DNA of 64,000 nt from Chloroflexota bacterium (GTDB lineage: Bacteria; Chloroflexota; Dehalococcoidia; Lucifugimonadales; UBA3495). The notes beneath the pieces were generated by a model, which was not told where the DNA came from, ran no database searches, and was given only the letters and a program-made list of their open reading frames with translations. Shown here piece after piece: positions 27,106 through 35,287 of the stretch. Numbering within the stretch: the first letter of the stretch is position 1; each line of letters begins with the position of its first letter. A program made the translations under genes and the position numbers. The stretch is taken from contig JAPPGG010000031.1 in the NCBI GenBank assembly GCA_028875055.1, positions 12,372-76,371 on the forward strand, given 5' to 3'.

Positions 27106-27272
27106 CCTGCCGGAACAGTCCTGTTGGAGAAACTCCAGGAATGGGAGAAGCCGGGCCGGTGAGCTATTCCGCAGAAAGCGAGTGCTTATTTGCAGTATTT
27201 GTTGAGCAATGGTTACGAAAATCGTCTGCCAGGCCATTTGCAGCGACAATAATGTATGCCTGGTGCGCATAT

Positions 27273-27301
27273 TTGACACTGTATTCGTGCCTAGATATAA
27301 T
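27273..27301 (+). promoter_or_regulatory. consensus sigma70-type promoter TTGACA-17-TATAAT for the ABC importer operon
   Basis: ttgaca (27273-27278), a 17-nt spacer, then tataat (27296-27301). It lies 172 nt upstream of the SBP ATG. Confidence 0.55.
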
Positions 27302-27368
27302 CCCGCCAATTTTCCGGGAAGCATGGGTTGCCGTGGGGCGGGTAACGGCCTGTGACCCCAGCGGGGCA

Positions 27369-27402
27369 GCGTGGGATTGTAACGGTCCCGCGCCAGGTTT
27401 TT
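27369..27402 (+). terminator. terminator-like hairpin plus T5 inside the ABC operon leader (candidate attenuator)
   Basis: gcgtggga-ttgtaacgg-tcccgcgc: 8-bp stem with one G-T pair. It is followed by cagg and ttttt (27398-27402). Confidence 0.35.
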
Positions 27403-27472
27403 GAAATTTCGCCGAAGACCGGAGTGCATTCGGCAGCGCTTCCAGATTACATTCATGGGAAAGGTGAGGAAT

Positions 27473-29272
27473 ATGAAGGTTTCACTGGTTTTATTGGGAT
27501 GCCTGTTGTGCATGACGCTGCTGGTGGCTTGCGGAACTTCTGAGCCGCAAATTGTCGAGCGGACGGTAGAGGTGCCTGTGGAGGTTGAGACCATCCGCGA
27601 GGTTGAGGTGGAGAAGGAAGTGCCGGTTGAGGTGGAGCGGCAGGTCACGGTTGAGGTGGAAAGGCAGGTAGAGACAATCAAGGAAGTGGAGAAGCTGGTG
27701 GTTGCCACCCCCACTCCCGTGCAGATACCGGAGTCCGGACGGCTGCCTGGCAGAGTGGACCCCGTGGGTTCCATTATCTCGGTAAGCTCTTACCTGGGCT
27801 TCCAGGGGGTGGACACCAACATCTCGCAGGACAGCGCCACCAAGGTGTACTACGACGAGGTGTTCGACTATGCCATTGGGCAGAACCCCGACGGGACTCT
27901 GACTCCGGGGTTCGCTACCAAGTGGGAAGTCTCCCCGGACCAGCTGACCTGGACCTTTACGATTCGCGAGGGCATGAAGTTCCACAACGGCGATGACATA
28001 ACGCCGGAGGATGTGGCCTGGACGTGGAATCGGGCCGTGGGAGAGGACTCGCTGGGCGGGTTCGCCCTGGAAGTGGGCCCACTGCTTACCAGCGCTTTTA
28101 CAGTGTCGGGCAACACGGTAAGCGTTTCCACCGAGAGCCCCCAGTCCACGCTGCCCCTGTTCTTTGCCTCCGCGTCTCCTCCCAGGTCGGTGGTGTTCCC
28201 CCAGGCCCATTTCGAGAGCGTAGGGGGGATTGATAACTTCCGGGAAGCGCCTGTAGGGTCGGGCCCGTACAAGTGGGCCGACCGGGTCCCCGGACAGTAC
28301 ATCCAGATGGAAGCCTTCGAGGACCATTACGAGAAGAACCCCGGGTACCAGGTTCTGCAGATATGGGACGTGGCCGAACTGAATACCAGGATGGCGATGC
28401 TCAAGAGCGGCAACGCGGACCTGATTACGGCCTCGGTGCGCAGCGTTGATGAACTGCAGGCGGCCGACCTGCAGATCCTGCAATCGCCGGCGGCCAACAT
28501 TTCGTGGATCTGGTACAACTACGCGTGGGTGCCCGGGCATCCCTTTAACGACAAGCGCATCCGGGAAGCTATTTCCATTGCCATTGACCGGGAAGCCATC
28601 GGCACCGGCCTTTATGCCGGACAGACCACGCCGGCATGCTGCTACTGGGTGGTTGAGGGCAACATCGGTTACCCCGGCGACGTGGAACCCCACCCCTATG
28701 ACCCCCAGCGGGCGGCGCAGCTGATACAGGAAGCCGGCTTCGAGGGGGCTGAGATTGAGATTATTACCTTCTCCGGCGACGCGGACTTCGTGGACCAGCC
28801 CGGCCTGTCGGAGGCGGTAGCTGGCTACCTGGAAGCCATAGGCCTGAGCACTTTCGTTTCGGTGGTTGACGGGCCGGTACTGCGGGAGACCTTCGACAAC
28901 GCCATCAAGACGAATGACGAGATAGAGGCCATCGTGAAGGGCCAGCCGCCTTACCAGATAGCGGTTCGGGGCAGCGACACCCGCCTGCACTCGTACCGTG
29001 GGTCTCACATCTACTACCACTCCGAGGGACGGCGGCAGATGATGCGGCTGCCCGGCATTCTGGACCCCCTGCTGGACAAGGCGGGATCGTCCTTTGACCT
29101 GCAGGACCAGCACGATGCCATGGCCGACTTCCACCGGCTTCTGAACCGGGACTTCTGGGCCGGTCCGCTGCTGGAGGCCGGAGCCGTCTTCGGCGCCAGC
29201 GACAAGGTGGGAACGTGGACTCCCATAACCGGCAAGCCCTATCCCCATAACCACTGGACGATAAGGCCGTAA
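27473..29272 (+). CDS. ABC transporter substrate-binding lipoprotein, peptide/nickel (family 5) type
   Basis: Lipobox LLVAC after MKVSLVLLGCLLCMT, then an E/V-rich linker, then an SBP_bac_5-like body. ATG 27473 lies after ggtgagga; the ORF-track start is 27401. Confidence 0.9.
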   Translation: MKVSLVLLGCLLCMTLLVACGTSEPQIVERTVEVPVEVETIREVEVEKEVPVEVERQVTVEVERQVETIKEVEKLVVATPTPVQIPESGRLPGRVDPVGSIISVSSYLGFQGVDTNISQDSATKVYYDEVFDYAIGQNPDGTLTPGFATKWEVSPDQLTWTFTIREGMKFHNGDDITPEDVAWTWNRAVGEDSLGGFALEVGPLLTSAFTVSGNTVSVSTESPQSTLPLFFASASPPRSVVFPQAHFESVGGIDNFREAPVGSGPYKWADRVPGQYIQMEAFEDHYEKNPGYQVLQIWDVAELNTRMAMLKSGNADLITASVRSVDELQAADLQILQSPAANISWIWYNYAWVPGHPFNDKRIREAISIAIDREAIGTGLYAGQTTPACCYWVVEGNIGYPGDVEPHPYDPQRAAQLIQEAGFEGAEIEIITFSGDADFVDQPGLSEAVAGYLEAIGLSTFVSVVDGPVLRETFDNAIKTNDEIEAIVKGQPPYQIAVRGSDTRLHSYRGSHIYYHSEGRRQMMRLPGILDPLLDKAGSSFDLQDQHDAMADFHRLLNRDFWAGPLLEAGAVFGASDKVGTWTPITGKPYPHNHWTIRP

Positions 29273-29373
29273 AGGGGCGTCCTTCCCCGCACCTCATCCG
29301 GCATTGAATTGAGGTCACAGTCTGCCGGCGACGGCGAGAGTTGCCGGCAGACCTTCAATTCGAGGACTTTTCA

Positions 29374-30294
29374 ATGGTCAAGTACATCGGGTTTCGCTTA
29401 TTTCAAGCCTTGCTGGGTTTGTGGTTCATTGCAACCCTGGTGTTTATCCTGTCCCGTTCCATTGGCGACCCCGCCGAGGTATTTACTGCCCGAAACTCGG
29501 GGGTAGATGCCCGGGAAATAATGGCCGCCAAGCTGGGGCTGGACCGGCCGCTGCACGAACAGTACCTGAAGTTCATCGGTCAACTGGTCAGGCTGGACCT
29601 GGGCGATTCGGTGAGCAACGGCATACCCGTTACCCAGATACTGGTGGAACGGATGCCGGCCACGTTCACCCTGGGACTAATCGCACTGCTGTTCGCCCTG
29701 GCCTTCTCCTTACCACTGGGGGTGCTGGGCGCGGTTTACCGGGATACGCCGGTGGATTGGGTGGCCAAGGTGATGGCCTTCCTGGGGCAGTCCATGCCTC
29801 CCTTCTGGCTGGGGATTATGCTCATCATCCTGTTTGCCGTGGTGTGGGGGCTGCTGCCGCCGGCGGGCAAGGGGGAATGGCATTCCTACATTCTGCCCGG
29901 CTTCACCCTGGGCTGGGGAGTAATGGCGGGAATGGTGAGGCTGGTGCGTTCCAGCATGCTGGACGTGCTGGACAGCGACTACGTAGCCATGGCCCGAGCC
30001 AAGGGCCTGCCGGAGGTGGTTGTCATCGGGAAGCACGCGTTGAGGAACGCGCTGCTGCCGGTGCTGACCTACAGCAGCTTGGTGCTGGGGGCTTTCATGA
30101 ACGGCTCCGTGGTGGTGGAGCAGGTATTCGCCTGGCCCGGAATCGGCACCTCGGCGGTGCAGAGCGTGGTCCGGCGCGACTTTCCCGTAATCCAGGGAGT
30201 CGTAATAGTCTTCGGCAGCTTCTTCATTCTGATTAACTTGCTGGTGGACATCATGTACGCCGTGATTGATCCGCGCATCAAGTACACCCAGTAG
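29374..30294 (+). CDS. ABC transporter permease (DppB/OppB-like)
   Basis: MVKYIGFRLFQALLGLWFIATLVF N-terminus and an EAA-loop region (DYVAMARAKGLPE). Confidence 0.9.
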   Translation: MVKYIGFRLFQALLGLWFIATLVFILSRSIGDPAEVFTARNSGVDAREIMAAKLGLDRPLHEQYLKFIGQLVRLDLGDSVSNGIPVTQILVERMPATFTLGLIALLFALAFSLPLGVLGAVYRDTPVDWVAKVMAFLGQSMPPFWLGIMLIILFAVVWGLLPPAGKGEWHSYILPGFTLGWGVMAGMVRLVRSSMLDVLDSDYVAMARAKGLPEVVVIGKHALRNALLPVLTYSSLVLGAFMNGSVVVEQVFAWPGIGTSAVQSVVRRDFPVIQGVVIVFGSFFILINLLVDIMYAVIDPRIKYTQ

Positions 30295-30306
30295 GGCAGG
30301 CAGCAA

Positions 30307-31206
30307 ATGGCCAACACAAGCATGCAAATTGTGTCTCCAACCACGCTCTGGGCGGTAAGGGTCCGTTCGGTTCTTGGCGGGTTGCGGCGGGCGCCGAAGA
30401 TACCGTCGCTGGTGCTGCTGGTCTTCATGATTTTTGCGGCCTTCGGGCAGTGGATCGCGCCGTACAGCCCGGTGGCGGTGGACATGGCCGCCTCTTTTTC
30501 CCCGCCCGTGTGGCATGAAGAAGGCAGCGCCGATCATCTGCTGGGCACCGACAAGCTGGGTCGGGACATACTGAGCCGGTTGATCCGGGGCGCGCGGGTC
30601 TCCCTGTCGCTGTCTCTGTTTGTTATTGGCCTGGGCGGGGGCGTCGGGGTGGTGCTGGGGCTGATATCCGGCTACTCCGGAGGCAAGGTGGACGCCGTGA
30701 TGCAGCGAGGCATCGAGGTGATCCTTGCAATGCCCACGATCCTGGTGGCCCTGGTGTTTGTGTTTGCGGTGGGTCGCAGCTTTGAGAGTGTCATTCTGAT
30801 CCTGTCGCCCTTCCTGGCGGCCAGGTTCGCCCGCATTGTGCGAGGAGAGACCCTGAGCGTTCGGGAGCGCGATTTCGTGGCCATTGCCAAGGTGATCGGA
30901 ACGCCGACATGGATGATATTGCTGAAGCACATCCTGCCCAACGTGTTCAATACGATCATCGTGCTGGCAACGCTGGAAGTGGGGCACCTGATACTGCTGG
31001 AGTCCTCCCTCAGCTTCCTGGGGGTGGGAGTGCCGCCGCCCCAGCCGGCCTGGGGACTGATGGTGGCCGATGGTCGGGAATTCCTGACCTCCGCCTACTG
31101 GATAACCCTGTTCCCCGGCTTATGCATCCTGGCGGCGGTGCTGTCGCTGAACCTGTTTGGCGACTGGCTGCGGGACACGCTGGACCCCAGGCGCCGTCAA
31201 CTATAG
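30307..31206 (+). CDS. ABC transporter permease (DppC/OppC-like)
   Basis: 299 aa. HLLGTDKLGRDILSR motif, six TM segments, EAA loop (RDFVAIAKVIG). Confidence 0.9.
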   Translation: MANTSMQIVSPTTLWAVRVRSVLGGLRRAPKIPSLVLLVFMIFAAFGQWIAPYSPVAVDMAASFSPPVWHEEGSADHLLGTDKLGRDILSRLIRGARVSLSLSLFVIGLGGGVGVVLGLISGYSGGKVDAVMQRGIEVILAMPTILVALVFVFAVGRSFESVILILSPFLAARFARIVRGETLSVRERDFVAIAKVIGTPTWMILLKHILPNVFNTIIVLATLEVGHLILLESSLSFLGVGVPPPQPAWGLMVADGREFLTSAYWITLFPGLCILAAVLSLNLFGDWLRDTLDPRRRQL

Positions 31207-31308
31207 CCGTCAACTGTAGAGGGATAACTGCCGTTCGATAAAATACCGGCCGGCTGGCGGTTGTGGTCAGGGGTCGAAGGCCGAAAGGGCGCCGACCCGC
31301 ATACCGGT

Positions 31309-31329
31309 CTTCCTCCGTCGAGGGGGAAG
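31309..31329. repeat. CYTCC hairpin repeat in the permease-ATPase gap
   Basis: cttcctcc-gtcga-gggggaag followed by ggattttga. Near-identical to 11877-11905. Confidence 0.6.
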
Positions 31330-31343
31330 GGATTTTGAAATGG

Positions 31344-32363
31344 ATGCCAGCCCGGGCATTGGAACAAATGCTTAGAGAAAGTAAGGAAGACGACATACTC
31401 CTGCGGGTGGAAGGGCTCAAGACCTACTTCTTCCAGCGCAGCGCGGTGCTGAAGGCGGTGGACGGCGTCAGCTTTTCCGTCGCCCAGGGAGAGGCCGTGG
31501 GGCTGGTGGGAGAGTCGGGCAGCGGAAAGACCATGACCTGCCTTTCATTGATGCGCCTGGTGCCGCAACCTGGCGCTCGCATTGTTGAAGGCGAGATCTG
31601 GTTCAAGGGCGACAACCTGCTGGAAATGACCGAGCAGGAAATGAGGGCGTACCGGGGGCACCGCATGGCCATTGTGATGCAGGACCCGCAAACGTCGCTC
31701 AACCCGGTCTATACGGTGGGGGAACAGGTGGCGGAGCCGGTGCGCTTGCATTTGAAGGAACGGGGCCAGCAGGCCATGGCGCGGGTGCTGGACTCGCTGC
31801 GGGCGGTCCGCATACCCAGGCCGGAGCTCCGGCTGGGCCAGTATCCTCACCAGTTCAGCGGCGGCATGAGGCAGCGGGTGGTGGCGGCCATGGGCCTGAC
31901 CACCCAGCCGGAACTGCTCATTGCCGATGAGCCCACCACCTCGCTGGACGTTACAATCCAGGCCCAGTTCCTGCGGCTGATCCGGGAGTTGCAGCAGGAC
32001 AGTGGCACCAGCGTCATCTGGGTAACCCACGACCTGGGCATAGTTGCCCAGATGTGCGACCGGGTCAACGTAATGTATGCCGGCCGCATTGTCGAGAGTG
32101 GAAGGGTGCGGCAGATTTACAAGGAACCGCAGCACCCCTACACCAGGGCCCTGCTGGACTCGGTGCCCCTGATGGGGACGCGGCGGGAAAAGCTGTACCA
32201 GATTGAAGGGCAGCCCCCCGACCTGCGAAGCATTCCCGAGGGATGCCCCTTCTGGCCCCGATGTCCGGAGGCTATGGACAAGTGCAAGGAGCAGTACCCG
32301 CCCCGGACTTCCCTGGGGGGCGAGGATTTTGTGCACTGCTGGCTGACCGAGGAGGGGAGATAA
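31344..32363 (+). CDS. ABC transporter ATP-binding protein (DppD/OppD-like)
   Basis: Walker A GESGSGKT, signature FSGGMRQR, Walker B LLIADEPTT, and a C-terminal oligopeptide-type extension. The start is uncertain: 31344, 31335 or 31368. The ORF-track start at 31263 reads through the hairpin repeat. Confidence 0.88.
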   Translation: MPARALEQMLRESKEDDILLRVEGLKTYFFQRSAVLKAVDGVSFSVAQGEAVGLVGESGSGKTMTCLSLMRLVPQPGARIVEGEIWFKGDNLLEMTEQEMRAYRGHRMAIVMQDPQTSLNPVYTVGEQVAEPVRLHLKERGQQAMARVLDSLRAVRIPRPELRLGQYPHQFSGGMRQRVVAAMGLTTQPELLIADEPTTSLDVTIQAQFLRLIRELQQDSGTSVIWVTHDLGIVAQMCDRVNVMYAGRIVESGRVRQIYKEPQHPYTRALLDSVPLMGTRREKLYQIEGQPPDLRSIPEGCPFWPRCPEAMDKCKEQYPPRTSLGGEDFVHCWLTEEGR

Positions 32364-32364
32364 C

Positions 32365-33348
32365 GTGGCCAACCGGTTGCTGGAAGTTGAGGGGCTGGCA
32401 AAGCATTTCCGGGGCGGCGGAAACTGGCTTAGCAGCGGAGGCGACTCCATTCGGGCCGTGGACGGCGTGAGCTTCTCGGTGGAAGAGGGGGAAACCTTTG
32501 CGCTGGTGGGTGAAAGCGGCTGCGGCAAAACGACCGTCGCCAAGATGATCCTGCTCCTGGAACGTCCTACCAGGGGGGCCATCTCCTTCCAGGGAAAGGA
32601 CGTCAGCAGCTTCAGGGGCGGCAGCCTGCGAGAGTACAAGCGCCTGGTGCAGGCCGTGTTCCAGGACCCCTACAGCTCGCTGAACCCGAGAATGCAGGTG
32701 CTGGACATCATCGGGGAGCCCCTGCGCGTTCACCAGGGCATGAGGGGTCGCGACCTGCGCATGAGGGTGGGCGAGTTGCTGGAAAACGTGGGCCTGAACC
32801 CGGTTACGGCGTCTTTCTTTCCCCACCAGTTCAGCGGAGGACAGCGGCAGCGCATCGCCATAGCCCGGGCCCTGGCCCTGAGGCCCAGGCTTATCGTGCT
32901 GGACGAGCCCGTTTCCGGCCTGGATGTTTCCATACGAGCCCAGATTCTTAACCTGCTGGTGGACCTGCAGCGGGAACTGGGGCTTAGCTACCTGCTCATA
33001 TCCCACGACCTGGCTATCGTTGAGCACATGAGCCACCGGGTGGGGGTTATGTACGTGGGCAAGATGGTGGAACTGGCCACCCGGGACGAGTTCTACGGCA
33101 ACACGCTGCATCCCTACAGCAACGCCCTGCTGGCTTCGGTGCCCCAGCCTGACCCGGATGTTCCCATGGGCACCACCATCGGAGGCGAGGTTGCCAGCCC
33201 CATCAATCCTCCCAGCGGCTGCCGGTTTCATACCCGCTGTCCCATTTACCTGGAGACGAACATGTGCCGGGAGGTGGAGCCCGAATGGCGGGAGATTCTT
33301 TCGGAGCACCTGACCGCCTGCCACAAGGTTGAGCCGGCGGTGGTTTAG
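32365..33348 (+). CDS. ABC transporter ATP-binding protein (DppF/OppF-like)
   Basis: Walker A GESGCGKT, FSGGQRQR, LIVLDEPVS, and a C-terminal CRFHTRCP motif. The GTG start is 1 nt after the previous stop. Confidence 0.92.
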   Translation: MANRLLEVEGLAKHFRGGGNWLSSGGDSIRAVDGVSFSVEEGETFALVGESGCGKTTVAKMILLLERPTRGAISFQGKDVSSFRGGSLREYKRLVQAVFQDPYSSLNPRMQVLDIIGEPLRVHQGMRGRDLRMRVGELLENVGLNPVTASFFPHQFSGGQRQRIAIARALALRPRLIVLDEPVSGLDVSIRAQILNLLVDLQRELGLSYLLISHDLAIVEHMSHRVGVMYVGKMVELATRDEFYGNTLHPYSNALLASVPQPDPDVPMGTTIGGEVASPINPPSGCRFHTRCPIYLETNMCREVEPEWREILSEHLTACHKVEPAVV

Positions 33349-33404
33349 AGGCTGGACCTTTGTCGGGTCCAGGGCGAACGGGATTGCGTAAGATGAGAGC
33401 TACG

Positions 33405-33430
33405 CAGGGGCGCACGGCCGTGCGCCCCTG
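33405..33430. repeat. 26-nt perfect palindrome of the GGGGCGCA-arm family
   Basis: caggggcgcacgg|ccgtgcgcccctg, located between two convergent genes. Confidence 0.8.
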
Positions 33431-33464
33431 CGGGTTTGCGGGCCTGAACCGCCAGGACTCGCCT

Positions 33465-34826
33465 TTAAGCGGTCAGCAGGGGGCGCAGGTCGCGGATGCT
33501 GGGGAGGGTTTCCAGGCGGTTGACGGTGTCGATCAATTCCTCGGACCTGGCGCGACCCAGGACGGGCTCCATCAGGTCCAGGGCCTTTTCTCCCACTTCC
33601 TCCGTGGACAGGGGATTCTCCGCCCGGCCCCGGAAGCTGGTGACCCGCTCCTCCAGGGTGGTCCCGTCCCTGGTGGTTACCTGGACGATGGCCTGGTAGT
33701 CGGGCTGGGCGACGCTGAGTTCCGGATCGCCGATCAGGGTTACCCTGGAGCGGAGGTCCATTACGTCCGGATCCGTCATGCGCTCGACGGAATGGGCGGC
33801 CTCGAAGGAGACCCTGCCGTCGAGGAGGGCAATGGCGAAAATATACTGGAGGTTGATGTCGGGCATTTCCCGGTCGTTGACGGTGTGGGCGCCGCCTTCG
33901 GGCAGGCGTACCACTATTTTTTCAACGTCGCCGGGACCGAAGCCGTGGCGTTCCTTGAGGAGGAGCAGTCCCTCCACCGGGGACTGAATCGGAAAGCCCA
34001 CGCAGAATTTCTTGATGTTGGTCAGCATGACCTCGTACCTGTTGCCCAGTTCGGCGACAAGCTGCTCGCCCCGGGGGTTGTCGGCGTAGGCCACCAGGAA
34101 GTTGCCGTCGCCGGCGAAGGTGTCGTACACGCCGGTAAACCCCATCTGGACCATCTCTGCGGCCATCACGCCGTTGCGGGCGTTCATACCACCGAAGATG
34201 AAGGCCTTTTCGATGTGTTCCACGTCTCGGGGGTAGGTCATAATGCCGGAGGCCTGCTGGGCGCCGTAGGACAGGAGGTCGCGGTACTGCTCTTCCCGCA
34301 GGTTGGCCAGGCAGCCGGCGGCCACGGTGGCGCCCATGGTGCCGCCAATGCTGAAAGGCAGGTGGTTGCGCGCCCGCATTTCCTCGCGGCCCAGGGCCTT
34401 GGTGGTGCGGCTGCCAATATCGTAGCCGAGAACCACCGCCTTGACGAACTGGGACCCGTTGACGTTTTCCCGTTCGCCCATGGCCATGGCGGCGGGCAAA
34501 ACGGCGCAACCCGGGTGGATGCCGGCCGAGCCGTTGGAATCGTCGGTCTCGTCGGCGTGGGCCATCATGCCGTTGGCGATGGCGGCGTTTACTGCAGAAA
34601 CTACCCGGGAACTGCCTACCACCTGGGCCTCTTCCGGCCCTCCCTGCTGCTCGGTATATTGCCTGGCCAGCTCCCCGGGCTTGAGAACCGAGCCCGAGAC
34701 CATGGCTGCCAGGGTGTCGAGAATGTGGTGCTTGGCCTTTTCCAGCACGTTGGGAGGCAGTTCGGCGTCAAGGGCGCCGGAGAGGTAGTGGATGAGTTCC
34801 GGGGTAATGCTGCTGTCGCTAGCCAT
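33465..34826 (-). CDS. MmgE/PrpD family protein (2-methylcitrate dehydratase-like)
   Basis: 453 aa. N-terminal helical domain (KHHILDTLAAMVSG) and overall PrpD-like length and pattern. Confidence 0.85.
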   Translation of the reverse strand: MASDSSITPELIHYLSGALDAELPPNVLEKAKHHILDTLAAMVSGSVLKPGELARQYTEQQGGPEEAQVVGSSRVVSAVNAAIANGMMAHADETDDSNGSAGIHPGCAVLPAAMAMGERENVNGSQFVKAVVLGYDIGSRTTKALGREEMRARNHLPFSIGGTMGATVAAGCLANLREEQYRDLLSYGAQQASGIMTYPRDVEHIEKAFIFGGMNARNGVMAAEMVQMGFTGVYDTFAGDGNFLVAYADNPRGEQLVAELGNRYEVMLTNIKKFCVGFPIQSPVEGLLLLKERHGFGPGDVEKIVVRLPEGGAHTVNDREMPDINLQYIFAIALLDGRVSFEAAHSVERMTDPDVMDLRSRVTLIGDPELSVAQPDYQAIVQVTTRDGTTLEERVTSFRGRAENPLSTEEVGEKALDLMEPVLGRARSEELIDTVNRLETLPSIRDLRPLLTA

Positions 34827-35220
34827 CGGTGAGTTCCTCCATTGCTTGCAGTTCTGGCCGTGGGGCGTTTTCCGGCTGGTCGGGTTAACGGCCTGGTGGG
34901 CAAATACGCGCCCGAATGCCGGTTTATTCCCCGGATTGCACGTATAATGTGGTCCATTCTCCAGGGTCTAACGCCGGTTTATTGCCCTTCGGTCTTAATT
35001 CCCATGCGGCAGGGAAGATTTTCGCAAAGGGGGCTTCCCAACCGGGGATTTGAACCTGAGGGGTATGGGGAGTCTACCTTAAGGGCAGGTGTGTCGCAAT
35101 GTCGGGGGTTTCAGGATTCAGCGTCTTTCGATTTTGGGGAGGCATGGTCCGCTTCAATCAGTGAGACGAACCCGGTACTGGGCCACGGTGCCTGTCGCAA
35201 GAATTTCACCCCCACCCTAA

Positions 35221-35243
35221 CCCTCCCCCGTCGAGGGGGAGGG
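35221..35243. repeat. CCCTCC hairpin repeat
   Basis: ccctccccc-gtcga-gggggaggg: 9-bp stem with the same gtcga loop as 31309. Confidence 0.6.
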
Positions 35244-35287
35244 GATAATCGAAAGCCCCTGTTTCAGGATTTTGGACATGGTGAAAA

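Noticed and set aside
26713-27774. 353-codon minus-strand ORF spanning the non-coding gap and the start of the SBP gene.
   Set aside because: It is S/T/R/P-rich nonsense and overlaps the consensus promoter, the leader and the lipoprotein signal peptide of a real gene.
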